A DNA stretch of 61,437 nt, the filler included, from Globobulimina sp. (taxonomy: Eukaryota): NCBI GenBank assembly GCA_003354225.1. It is 15 parts of 15 records of this genome, joined end to end, with 100 filler letters (N's around TTAATTAATTAA, not from the genome) between each part and the next. Parts side by side here need not be neighbours in the genome. Positions count along the whole stretch, not along the records: positions 45,141 to 49,140 come from PIVH01001763.1; positions 49,241 to 53,240 come from PIVH01001764.1; positions 53,341 to 57,339 come from PIVH01001765.1; 12 more parts are not named here. The stretch is one strand, 5' to 3'. The notes under the pieces are model-generated. The model ran no database searches, was not told where the DNA came from, and saw nothing but the letters and a program-made list of their open reading frames with translations. Below are positions 45,141 through 57,439 of the stretch, piece after piece. A program made the position numbers and the translations under genes. Within the stretch, counting starts at the first letter, position 1; each line of letters starts with the position of its first letter.

Positions 45141-46993
45141 CAATATATCCCAATGCTGCAGCATCCGCTAAAAATTTTGTTTTATCGTCTGGTAAAAAAC
45201 TGGTTACACTGCTACTCATTTTCATTGCTGGGTAAACCATTAAAAAAGAAAAACACATTTCATCTCTGGTAGACTCGCCACCTTTTGTCCATCCCACAGC
45301 ATCCGTCGAATCAATCTCACATTCAACAATAAATTCGTCCCCTTACATAGTAGATTTTATTCGTCGAATAAATCAGAATTATCAGATATATTAAAGTTAA
45401 TTAAATCTTATATGGATTTATCCAACGAACAAAATCTAATAATAACCCGGTAAAATGGTGACTTCGTCCTTGAAAGGAACGTATTGCTGGTAATCAAAGT
45501 CATAGGCTAAGTCCACAGCGATTGGAGCTAACTCCTTTCCATCGCGAATATGCCGAACTACACCAGCTCTGCCTAACAAATGTTGATGATGCATATTGGC
45601 AAAAGCTTTGACCCCTCCTTCGGGTATTCCTTGTGAACAGACAGCGGGGAAATAGGCATAATTCAATGTTGATGGTATACCCGGCGGTATGAACTGGTCA
45701 TAGGAATCACCAATGACAAAAATTGAAGCTGTTTCTTCACGTAAAGTTGGAGTATGCCACAGCCGCAAACCGGACGAATCTACAAAACCAGCTACTTCTA
45801 ATGGATTATCATAATGTGTTTCTAATTGAAAATAGCGCACAGAATCCGCACCAATATTCATTCCAACATGTCTGAACAAAAACGCATCGCACACAAAAAA
45901 AACGATTTTATTGTAGAAGTACTTAACTCCGGGAAATAAAATGTACCTCCACCTACAGCCCAGGCATACATGGCATAACCATTGGTGCAATGACTTTTAT
46001 TTGTGGGCATGTTTGCTGTCTCACTGCAATCCCATTGAGCTCCAACAAACTCTGGCTCCACGAACTGCGCTGGACACACTGATAAAACAAAATGATGGAC
46101 AATGCCTGCATTCACCTCTTCTATGATGGGTTCAATCTCGATAATATGTTCTATTTCGGGCACACCTTCTACCTCTAATAAAGTGCACCAATATGTGGTA
46201 TCACTGCTTGGCACATTAACTGCTGGCTGCAACACATCGGTATAGCGCGCATCCGGTGGCCTTTCCACAAATGGAGACTCTCCGGAGAGTAAATTCAAAG
46301 ATTTTGGGCCACGATCAGAGTTTGAATGTGCTGACATATAAATCAATTCGTTATCCCATATGGGATCGACTTGATTCCACGCTGTGGTTTATTTATATAT
46401 GAATACATATCAAAGAGATGGGGTTGTAATGTCGTGTGAACATACCATAAATTACACGTGTCGTTCCTGTATAAATTATATATGATTATGGTCATATTTT
46501 GGGTATACAATTATAGATATTATAGAAACAAAGTACCAATTTGAACATCAACAGAATACGCTCTGTTTTCCGAAGGAAATAATTCTTTTTCAAACCGTAA
46601 ATAAGTTTTAACGGTGCCATTAATATCTTCCTCCCATCCCTCAATTAATTCAATGCCAGTTTGATCATCAAATTGGATCGGTGTTGATTTGCCTGTTGTG
46701 TATGCATTATATAAATGTGTTACGCCATCACCATCAACCCAACCAACTACAACATCCCCCGGCGACATTCCACCTGATGCTGATATGCCGATTGCTGCCC
46801 ATCCTGCGGTCTCTACTTCTAATCCAAATTCAATGTAACACTCATCCGGATGCGGCGTCCAATAAAACTCATAAGAGCCTTGGCTGTCTAAATCGGAATG
46901 ATGCTCAAACTCGTCAAGCCATTGTTGATATTCTGCGGAAATACATCCATAACAAAACAATAAAGCGATTGAGAACGCCGTGCGAGTTGACAT
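45141..46993 (-). CDS. DOMON plus copper type II monooxygenase (DBH/MOXD1-like), multi-exon, truncated
   Basis: GWAAIGIS..GGM..GD DOMON; TTYWC, VHH, WAVGG, LETHYDNP, DSSG, HQHLLG, YDFDYQ, DEMC. Confidence 0.92.
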
Positions 46994-47240
46994 GATTTCT
47001 ATGCCTTGTGTTTTATTAGACTAAGTCCAACTAAGTGTTTTTTAAAACTGTTAAAATTAGCAAACAGACTAAATAGCACATCAGGAACAACATACTAAGA
47101 GCTTTCCTGCTCAATCTTATTCTTGTTATTTAGTATTCTTGACACACACGTGTCAAATGAGTGTTTTTCCCACCTATCAACACTACGTTGCAGTGCGAAA
47201 TCAAGCAATGAAAAACAAAAAAGGTGCGCAAGTGTGATAG

Positions 47241-49100
47241 TTATGTATTATTTTTCAAACTATGGATTTCTTCCTTTGATAAGACAGTGCGAGATCGAAT
47301 AGAATATGCTTTCGACATAGAATAAGCTTTCCCACCATGTTCAGTTTGATCCAAACCTTTTTTTTCGTCTTCTTCAGGTATTCGTAATCGTTTACATGCT
47401 CTCAACAGTCCAAATACCACACACCCATTGGCCACTGTCCATGCTGCAATAACCACCGCAGCTAACAGCTGTATACCAAATCTATAGCCTTGTCCTAAGC
47501 CCACGACCTCCTGCGAATACCCAGCAAATGCAATATCCGATTGATCATAGGCAAAAATTCCGCAATTTATGACGCCCCAAAATCCACAGATTCCATGCAC
47601 ACTAAAAGCGTCCAATGGATCATCAATTTTGAAATATTTCTCCAATATATTGGAGGAACACCAATAAAAAAAGCCGCCTAATATCCCGATACATATAGCC
47701 GCCCATGCTTTCACTACGGAACATGGTCCTGTAATGGAGACCAATCCTGCTAAAATACCATTGCATATGGCGGGTATCATCCATATACCATCCTGTAAAC
47801 CACCTGCCATACGTTCAATAAATGCTACCGTCACACCTCCAGCTGCTGCTGCTAAGGTTGTGTTTACTGCACACTTCGAGGCTAACTCCATTGCTCCATT
47901 GGCTGCTAACGTTGAACCAGGGTTAAATCCATACCATCCAAACCATAAAATGAACGTACCCAATACTAGATAAAATTATATTCATTATATTGAGGGTGCA
48001 AAATGCTGGTTTTGCACATTTCCAGTGGTAAAATTGAACAATTCACAAAAGACTTACGTTGTATAATAACAATAATATGTTATATATGGCAGTGTTTGAC
48101 TGTGTGTATTAAGGTTACTTATTCTGTAAAGTAACAAACCGGCTGATTATGGCACAATCATCGGATGATTTTGGTCTGTACATCACTCTGCTGACTATTT
48201 TTAACAAACTAACAGGCAAAACCACACACATCATACATATTGTATACGCATATACTGATTGTATACTTATGAGAAACAATACCTTGAAATGGCACATTGT
48301 GACCAAATTTAAACTTATGATCCAGTGTCTTTGTTTTCTGCCCAGTTTGATCAAATCGTAAATGTCTTGGACCTAAAAAATACGCACCACATAAACCGCT
48401 CCAGCCACCAACCATATGGACAACACCGGAGCCCGCAAAATCAATGACACCGCCATCTATGGCTGATATATGGTCATTAAATGGACTCAGCCATCCCGTC
48501 GACGACCACATCCAATGCACTACAATAGGATAGACCCACAATGTTAAGGCCAGTGTATAGCAGAAATATGCATCCAATCGACATCTTTCTGCCACTGATC
48601 CTGACACAATGGTTGCTGCTGTTGCTGCAAAAGCCCACTGGAAAAAAAACGAGTTGTAATCTTGTGATAATAACACTACGTTTCCCATACCTATTGTATG
48701 CATATAGTATATATAAATATGTATAGTTATTAATATGTGTGTATTTACCAAGGAATCCATTGGATTTTGAGTCATCACCATAAGCCAAACAGTATCCAAA
48801 TAAAAAGAATGATAATGTGCCGATACATGCATCCATCATGTTTTTAAATAGTATATTTTGAACGTTTGTATGTTTCACCATACCGGCTTCTAACAATGTA
48901 AACCCAGATTGCATAAAGAATACTAAAGCACCGGCTATTAAGACCCATAAATAATCCATATCTTGTGCGATGGCGTAGTCGTCAAAGACTGAGGCCGATG
49001 TACTATTCACCACTACGTGTACTGATTTTGGGCACACTTTATATAAAATATCTGTATTGTTCACATCTAACCCATAAAAACATGAATTAATCCCACTCAT
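47241..49100 (-). CDS. amt: Ammonium transporter (Amt1-type), multi-exon
   Basis: FFMQSGF.LLEAG, FQWAFAAT..TIVSG..AER, DFAGSGVVH, LWFGWYGFNPGS, IDDPLDAFSVHG. Confidence 0.95.
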
Positions 49101-49240
49101 TTTAATATGTTCTCAATGATGGAAATAAAGCGTTCGGCGANNNNNNNNNNNNNNNNNNNNNNNNNNNNNNNNNNNNNNNNNNNNTTAATTAATTAANNNN
49201 NNNNNNNNNNNNNNNNNNNNNNNNNNNNNNNNNNNNNNNN

Positions 49241-51822
49241 CTAGCGCTGCCTATGTTGTGGATATAGTTTTTAAAAGGCACTTTTTGTGGGACATTTGAT
49301 GCTATTTGGTTTATTTCAGCGTGTGTTGCAAAAACAAAACGAAATTTTTATTAACTTTTAAATTATAAAATATACAGACAGCGGAATTCGCACAATCAGC
49401 GAACTAAATAAAATGTAGGCTGATTTATTTCAGTGTATGTCTATAAAACAAACTAATTCACATTAATTTTTCAATTTTTAAAATATACAGAAATATAATT
49501 AATTATAGTTAATTGGAGAAAGAAAGAAGAATTCATGTGCCGCTCGTTATGATTTGCTTATTGGTCGAATGGTTTGTTTCATTCATTAATTTGCTTATAA
49601 TCCAAAACATTCTATAGTCAAAAAAAGTCTGTTCAAGTCATCCATGGCTGCTCTTAAGATCTTCACTGTGTGATATATTATAATTTATAAATAGCGCCGA
49701 ACAGAATGTCTCAAAATATCTCCAGAATTTGCCTGGAACCGCAGACATCGTGGAATTAATTCTAAAAAAAACCAAATCCGATTGGAATCGAATCGCACCG
49801 AATCGAATGGACAAAATAAAGAAATTATTAAGGTGAAATTATTTTGAATCCAACCACAAAATTGAGAACTCGACCTCGATCTCGATGATAATATTAATAA
49901 TAAAATAAAATACGTTGTGCGGCGCCATTGATAATTGGGAAGTGTATGACAGCCAATTGAGTATGAATGTGGATGGCGGCGGCTCGATATCAAAGAGTGT
50001 GTTGCAGAGCGTGCTGCATATCAATAACAGACAATCGCAGGAGTTCCGCGAGACGCAACGCATATTGGACACTATCATCCGAATGGCGGAAAAGTTGAAG
50101 GAATTGGGCGAAATCTATCAGTATGACTCGTTTGTGTGGACTGGCATTGCTTTGTTGCGCGCAAACGTCAAAATTGAGAAACAAAAGCAAGTCTTTATTA
50201 AAGGGTTGGAGCTGTTGAACATCGTGTTGGATGACGAGGACATTACGTTGCAATATTTGTTTGTCAATCAGTATGCGGCAAAGATGATGGAATCTAAACA
50301 GAATCAGAGTCAACAAAGCCAACACCGACCGAGCATTGAATTGTTTCACAGTGGGAACTCGAATAAAGTGTATGGTACACCGCAAGGCGGCAATAATGTG
50401 GTCAAACACGCCCGATTTGGCACCGCCGGCGGGCGCAGGAATGAGAATTATGTGCCCGCCAATCGGCACGTACCTGTCAACAGTTTGACTATGAGTGCCA
50501 ACCAGTGGCGCAATTACGACGATTATAAGGAATCCATGAACAATAACAACAACACACCGCTACTTAACCCACAACAACAACCAGATTGGCAGTACGAGAA
50601 CGAGTTACTGGATGACTATGATTACGAGCCGTCGTTTAATGAGAACGAGCCGTATTTATTTGGTGGTGGTGGCACGTCCGGTGGGCCACACGCACAAATG
50701 TTGGATAATAAGCAAAGAAGGAACAACAATGTGGGTAATAACAAGAATGAGGAGAAGTATGATAACAACGATATGATGGTGGATTACCGGAATAATAACC
50801 ATTACGTCTATGACATATATAGCAATGATTTGGCAGAGTCCTTCTTAGCTTATTGCATTGATTGGGCGCCGCCCTTTGCCGGGATACATCCGTATTTGTT
50901 GCAGGGTTTATTGCAGTGCGAGATCGAGGATAACACGTTTCGAGTATTGAAGAAAGTGTTAACTACAAAGATGGATAAGTTGGCAGATAGGTCCTCGGCC
51001 CGGCCATGTTTATGTATTATCGCTGTGTTGCCGTACATGTATTATATCATTCGCTATAAACCGGAGTATTTTGCCACGATCTCGCATTCGTTGTTTGCGT
51101 CGTTGATATTACTAACGTCGACGTCCGGCAATTCGTACAATAATCCGTACCAATCATTGAAGAATAAGTTTGAATTTTGGAGCAACTGTCCAATTAACAG
51201 CGAAAATGTGCATATTTTGTTGAAGGAATTCTGCCAAGTGATTGTAAAAACTTTTTTCAATGAACATGCCGGATTGGTGGCCAATTATTTGTATGCTTTG
51301 TTGTGTTCGTCGCGGATGATCCATCATCATACCACGGTGTACAAAATGGCCGCTTTATTTTTAAACCAGGACGCAAATTACATCCAAGCCTTCAAAGATA
51401 TCATCGAATCTGCGCATAAAACGGTGTCTGAGAAAGTGGACAAAGTGCGGAGTAAATCCAATTTGAATATGCACCAAATATCCTCTTCGCGCGCGTCCAA
51501 TCTTAATATTTATATGCAACAAATCACCATCGATGACAGCGATTATATCTCGGAGATGGCAGACGCAGCGACGGAATTAGTGGCCACCGGTATCGATTAT
51601 TTGAAAGCGAGGGAAAAGCAAAGATTTACCAAAAAGTATAATGCCGGCGATTTTGAGTCGACCTCTGGCGGAACCACCAAAAATAAGGATACACCGTACA
51701 AGTCGAATATTATTCGGTGGGATGTTCACATCAATGATGTTACGCCGTTTCCGCAAACTGGATTAAAGGATGTAAGCAATGCGTTGTGGGGCGTGGTTAA
51801 GGAGACGAGATCTGTTGTATAA
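49241..51822 (+). CDS. Furry/TAO3/MOR2-like protein C-terminal region, multi-exon, 5' truncated
   Basis: FVWTGIALL...FIKGLELL and FAGIHPYLLQGL resemble the Furry C-terminal domain; N/Q-rich insert. Confidence 0.6.
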
Positions 51823-52002
51823 TATAGCTATAGTTTTAACATTATTTTTTTTGAAATTGTTTTTTTGTATATTTTTTTGAATTTTGTTTTGTTTGCTACT
51901 TTCAATGTGTTCAAAGCACATAAAAATTAACAACCAATAAATATTAATGCTTTTTTTTTCTGTCAACTCAAATTTAGCAAAGCTTTTTTTCTCATTTACA
52001 TC

Positions 52003-53240
52003 ATGACTACTCGCACTCCGTCGCAGTCCATCATTTCATGGAACCCGCGTCCTGTAAAACGTCGCAAAAAAGGACCCAAAATGGCAATCAATTGGAGTCC
52101 AAGTTCAAATGCTCCAATTCCCCCTAATACGGATGCCTTTGTCCGTTGTGACGCCATCCAAGGTATCAAAATGAAAAATAATTATCCTTGCGCCCAAATT
52201 ATAATAATTATAAACAAATCATTCAACGCAACAGATATGAAAGGTTTTGATGAAAGTCACAAATTAAAATTGCACATATCTGTGATTCCAAAGGATGTGC
52301 CTCCAAACACGCATTTGGTGCAAATATTGGCCAGTCGCAAAATAAAAAAGAGTGGCAGTGTCAGCCCCGTTAAGAATAATAGCTTAATCGACGATGGATA
52401 TGAATATTATGTCCATTTCTACGCATTCGACCGCCGTTTGGATGATTGGTTTCCTCGCACTGCCTTTGACTGTCATTTAAGCGACGAAATGAAAGAATAC
52501 ATATCATTCCGCGACAAATATTATCGTTCATCCAATTACAACGACGAATGCGAGTTCAAAGAGGAACATCTTCGGAGCCATCAGGAAAACACAAAAATCA
52601 AAAATTTCACCCACATTGTGATTGGCAAATATATGGTGAAAGTCTGGTATTTCAGCCCCATACCGATTGAGTACCATACCTCGAAAATATTGCATTTTTG
52701 CGATTTTTGTTTGTCTTTTTTTGGTCTAAAATGCGAATATGAATATCATATGTCACAATGTGGCCGGCGACACCCGCCCGGCACGGAAATCTATAGAAGC
52801 AAGGAAGAGAACATTACAATCTCTGCCTTCGAGGTGGATGGCGCCAAAGAGGAGGTTTACTGTCAGAATGTAAGCTATTTGGCCAAGTTCTTTTTGGATC
52901 ACAAGACCTTGGAATATGACACGACCTCTTTCTTTTTCTATGTGATAACTGAAGTGAGCGAGAGTGGCTGTCATTTTTTGTGCTATTTCAGCAAAGAGAA
53001 GAAGCCAGAAAAGAATTTCAATCTGTCGTGCATTATGGTGCTGCCTTGTCATCAAAGGAAAGGGTTGGGACATTTTATGATCTCATTGAGCTATGGTTTG
53101 AGCAAAATTGAACACAAACATGGAACGCCAGAGACGCCGTTGTCTGATTTGGGATTGATATCATATCGAAAGTTCTGGGCTTCGCAGTTATTGATTGTGA
53201 TCGAGAAATATTATTACGACAATGCCTGCCATCAATTGTC
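52003..53240 (+). CDS. MYST histone acetyltransferase (Esa1/MOF/Tip60-like), truncated
   Basis: YYVHF..FDRRLDDW chromo-barrel; WYFSP, HPPG.EIY, FLDHKT, FSKEK, QRKG.G, GTPETPLSDLG. Confidence 0.95.
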
Positions 53241-53340
53241 NNNNNNNNNNNNNNNNNNNNNNNNNNNNNNNNNNNNNNNNNNNNTTAATTAATTAANNNN
53301 NNNNNNNNNNNNNNNNNNNNNNNNNNNNNNNNNNNNNNNN

Positions 53341-53512
53341 GTTGACCAGTCGGATGCGGTCCCCCCGAAGGTACAGTTTGGAGGCGTCGTGGCCGGTTCG
53401 GCGTTCACGCAATCCCAAGTGAATCCCTTTGTGGGAGGTGCTCATGTGGGGGCGGGAATGGTTGCCTTGTCCCTGGTTCGGTTGGAGATTGGGGTGGATA
53501 TTTTGGCCCCGA
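53341..53512 (-). other. GC-rich, probably bacterial fragment fused to eukaryotic DNA
   Basis: Sharp GC shift; short ORF MSTSHKGIHLGLRERR runs into the contig end. Confidence 0.6.
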
Positions 53513-54816
53513 CAAACCGCGAAAGAATTTGTGTCCGCTCCGCATTTCTTCACCAAATATGTCCACAGTGCTCGTCAGTAATTTGGCCCAATGAGCAAAG
53601 CGGGAATGTGCCTTTCTTTGTTTTTTCTTATCACCGATGTCAATGCGATACGTTTCACACAATTTAAAGGATAGCCCAGCATAATCTGTGTACAATCCAA
53701 GCGCTACAATGCGTGCAATGGATATGCTTTTACCGAGAGCTGTGTTCCAGCCATATTTGGTCTGCTTGGCTTTGATGTTCTTGCTTTCGTCTTTTTCACT
53801 CAATGCGGACGATCGAGCAATTAAAATGTTCCATTTTGCCACAGTAAAATTCTTGGTTTTGTCGTCAATCAGTTCTTTCTTCAAATTCTCATATTTGCAG
53901 CCAACGTAGTTCTTTTCCTCCGACATTTTCTTATCTCCCTTAAATCTGTGATATGTGAATTTGTGTCCAAAGCGAAAAAATGATGTTTCTTTCATGAAAT
54001 CAGTGTCAATTTTATAATCGTTATATTTTTGTTCATGGTCAGCGTCATTGTCGTTATCTTCTGCTACTGAGTCAAGCAACGTTTTTTCAATCTTGTTTTT
54101 AGATTTTTTTACTTTCACATAAGACACATCGGAAACAAACCGATCGTTTCTATCTGGATAAATGCTGCCGAATGAATCAGAATGGGGATAGGATGAAACA
54201 AATATCCGTGGTATTCTTCTATAAATAAGTGGCGAATAATGTGCTGCAGACCGATATGTGTGCAGTGAGTCAATGTGGCCATACGTGGCGATTTCACACC
54301 ATTCCGTGCTTCGCGAGCGGGGACTCTGCAATCTTTGATATGACACGAACCGATTTCATTGATGAATAGCCCCTCATTCACATCTTTGCCGTGGTGCTTT
54401 ATAATATGATCCATATCATTTTGAAACTGCGTTAAATTGTATCGGGGGAATATAGCAAATATATCCGGATAAATTCTGGTATTTTCCTTATGTGATATAA
54501 CAACGAATATATGTTTATTACAAAAAAATATGTTTATTCAAACCTTGACTTGTTGACAGTATTTAAATATAATAATTATTCTCTGACAACATCCACAGGC
54601 ATTGATCAGTGATCGTTTACGTTTTTTACAATTCATTTGGGACTGTTGAGAGAAATTGATTTTAGTCATTTTATGATTGTTGACGTTGCATATTTTATTC
54701 CATTGTTTGAGATATATTATTGATTCGTCCATTTCTGTACATTCCACTGCGGATGATACATCTGAAGGGAACTCATTTGAGGGAGTAACAAAGCACTGAT
54801 CGATGAACAAACTCAT
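53513..54816 (-). CDS. Multi-exon hypothetical protein ending in the start of an ADP-ribosyltransferase-like domain
   Basis: IVALGLYTD...HWAKLL..TV..FG...FFRGLS resembles the helices and R-strand that begin ART-like domains; truncated at the GC junction. Confidence 0.5.
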
Positions 54817-54893
54817 GATTCAACGATGATTAGTTGATGATTAAGAACAACAGGCACAAAAAACACTGAACAACACAAAAAACACATGGCACA

Positions 54894-56921
54894 TCACTCA
54901 TACTTAAAAAGATAATGATGCCAATTATCAAGCATATTTTCATTATTCTGAACTAGTTTTGCAGTTTTTTTATATCCAACAAAGTCTTTATAATCCCATT
55001 TGTTGGAAATATAATTATTATCCGTCAACACTTGTTTCACATCTTTTGGTATTGGTAAAAACAATCCTTCCTCTTTCTCTTTATTAACACTTTTATCATT
55101 ATCAATCTTTACATCCTCTTTATTTATATCATTGACTACCAATCCCAAATAGCCCAATATTTCATGAGACAACGGACCGAAAAATGTTTTGATAATATTA
55201 ATAATTGCTTTATGCGAATGGATATATTCATAAAATCCGCTCAACTGCGTGCATGGGATCGTTCCTATATGATCACGATATAAACAATGCCACCAAACAT
55301 AAAAAAACTTAACAAACGATATCATAAAATATAGCATAACAATTACAAGCAGCCAATATATAGAAATCATCCAAAAGATCTCAGAATTTTGTTGATGAAT
55401 AAATTGCTGACTATTACTATTTCGCAGCAGAAACATAATATAAACAATGAGTGGATAAACAAATGCTGCATAGATGGATGCAATTAATTGCAATGGAATA
55501 ATAATAAATAATCCGGCAAACTCTTTCCCACTGTACCAGCATTCAAAGGGCGTATTTGGATCCGGATGGGTACTGTTACAAAAATGCATTAGTGCATCGT
55601 TTCTGACATCAAATAAATTGCCCATTGCATCAATTCCATCGAATACATCCACCAACAAATAGGCGTATTCAATGGCTATGGTCTCCGTAATACCATTCGA
55701 ATCATAGAATTTATGTCGAAATATTTTAATATCAAACATTTGTTTCAAATCCGTATTGTTTTCATCTCTTCCGACATACCAATTCAGTGCAGTTTTTATT
55801 TTGTGCAATAAACCTTTATCTTTAAATTTTGCAGTTGTTGAGCTGGTAGGATTTGTAGACCAAAATAAATAATTTAATAAATATAATCTCACTCTCCAAT
55901 CATTGGCATTGACGCTGTTATTCATATATTTCATAACATAGTTCCACCGATTTCGCTGTGTACATTTCTTCCAATGATTGGCATTGAAATAAAGAAATAT
56001 TAAAAATGGATAAGAATAGAAAATACACTCCGTTAAAATCCATATGGTTAAGATTAGAAATACAGAAATTATTAGGTATAATATAAAAACACATAGACAT
56101 TGAATGCAGAAAAATAGTTTGCAAGTACGAGTGATGCAATTATCTCTCATTAAGCAGGTTAGCAATGGCCATTCACATGGCGTCGATTCAAAACACATGA
56201 ATATAAATATCCACATGCCATATAATGGTCCGGTTACAAAGGTTTTAACAAAATATAGCCAGGAACAGTAATAAATTATTTTATTATTCCAAAAAGATTT
56301 GTCAATGTCTTGAGTGTTAAATAGTGCGCAGTATATAAAGTTAGTTAAGAAATATATTTTGATGATTATGTTGAGGAAATCTACCACAATGCTCAGCCAA
56401 TTGTATACTGAAATTCGCCAAGAAACGGTTCTGGAAAAATATACAGCCAACAATGCATAAGCTAACATATTACATATAATTGAGGCAACCATTAATTTAA
56501 TAACTTTATCATACATAATAATATATGCAAAATGTATTATTGTCATTGGAAAAGATATTAATAGCATATGGGCAATGAATGCACATAACCACTTCCACGA
56601 AACTCGACTTGCATTGAAAAGCATAATCACAATAACAAATGGAACAAAATCACCGAAAATAATAACTCCACAAAATGCAACACATACACATTTAATGTCA
56701 TACCATGAGTTATTGTCATACAATGGCACTGACATTCCAATATACCATACTAATTTGGTGAGTATTAATATAATTAATGATGTAATTGCAAATGATTGAG
56801 ACGCATCATTGAAATAAATGTAAATAAAATAATAATAAATTGCATTTTGAAACAAACAATTAAGAGTTAGCAATATAATGATTGAAAAAGAGCTGGTGTC
56901 ATCAGGAAGATCATCAAACAT
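54894..56921 (-). CDS. Hypothetical multi-pass membrane protein
   Basis: 675-aa ORF with more than 10 hydrophobic segments. Confidence 0.7.
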   Translation of the reverse strand: MFDDLPDDTSSFSIIILLTLNCLFQNAIYYYFIYIYFNDASQSFAITSLIILILTKLVWYIGMSVPLYDNNSWYDIKCVCVAFCGVIIFGDFVPFVIVIMLFNASRVSWKWLCAFIAHMLLISFPMTIIHFAYIIMYDKVIKLMVASIICNMLAYALLAVYFSRTVSWRISVYNWLSIVVDFLNIIIKIYFLTNFIYCALFNTQDIDKSFWNNKIIYYCSWLYFVKTFVTGPLYGMWIFIFMCFESTPCEWPLLTCLMRDNCITRTCKLFFCIQCLCVFILYLIISVFLILTIWILTECIFYSYPFLIFLYFNANHWKKCTQRNRWNYVMKYMNNSVNANDWRVRLYLLNYLFWSTNPTSSTTAKFKDKGLLHKIKTALNWYVGRDENNTDLKQMFDIKIFRHKFYDSNGITETIAIEYAYLLVDVFDGIDAMGNLFDVRNDALMHFCNSTHPDPNTPFECWYSGKEFAGLFIIIPLQLIASIYAAFVYPLIVYIMFLLRNSNSQQFIHQQNSEIFWMISIYWLLVIVMLYFMISFVKFFYVWWHCLYRDHIGTIPCTQLSGFYEYIHSHKAIINIIKTFFGPLSHEILGYLGLVVNDINKEDVKIDNDKSVNKEKEEGLFLPIPKDVKQVLTDNNYISNKWDYKDFVGYKKTAKLVQNNENMLDNWHHYLFKYE

Positions 56922-57147
56922 TGTTCAAGTGGTTGGAGTAACGTTTTTTGGTTTAGACAGATTGTAATAAAAAGCATCAGTGTTATAAAAAGCATTTCAC
57001 AGGAAGCAAAAATTAAAATTAATTGGGTTCACAAAGGGAATACAAACTGTACAATTGAAAGATGACAAAAAAAAAATTTGAAATCCAAATGCAAACTTTA
57101 TATACTTTTTTTATTTTTGTTTTAATGGCCTCAATTTAGCACTATAG

Positions 57148-57339
57148 CTAGTCTTGAAAATCTTTTTGTTTTTCGGCCTCATTTTCTTCTTCTTTTGCAG
57201 CATCATTTTCGTCTTTTTCCTCAACCTCATTTTCTTGTTCAGCCTCGTTTTCTTGTTCAACCTCATGTTCTTGTTCAGCCTCAGTTTCTTCTTCTTGTTT
57301 AACACCATACACCGGTGCCTTATCAGCAATTAGTAATGA
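57148..57339 (-). CDS. Glu-rich C-terminus of a truncated gene with 18-bp repeats
   Basis: Frame reads QEEETEAEQEHEVEQENEAEQENEVEE...FQD then stop. Confidence 0.55.
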   Translation of the reverse strand, partial: SLLIADKAPVYGVKQEEETEAEQEHEVEQENEAEQENEVEEKDENDAAKEEENEAEKQKDFQD

Positions 57340-57439
57340 NNNNNNNNNNNNNNNNNNNNNNNNNNNNNNNNNNNNNNNNNNNNTTAATTAATTAANNNNN
57401 NNNNNNNNNNNNNNNNNNNNNNNNNNNNNNNNNNNNNNN

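Noticed and set aside
57111-57329. Lys/Met-rich 72-aa ORF, and the many short antisense ORFs in the track
   Set aside because: Alternative-frame or opposite-strand shadows of the real genes; here the Glu-rich frame is the more plausible one
4007-57439. Periodic TTAATTAATTAA palindrome every 4.1 kb as a biological repeat or array
   Set aside because: Always embedded in N runs of fixed length; it is an artificial six-frame-stop linker. ORFs containing X that run through it are artefacts.
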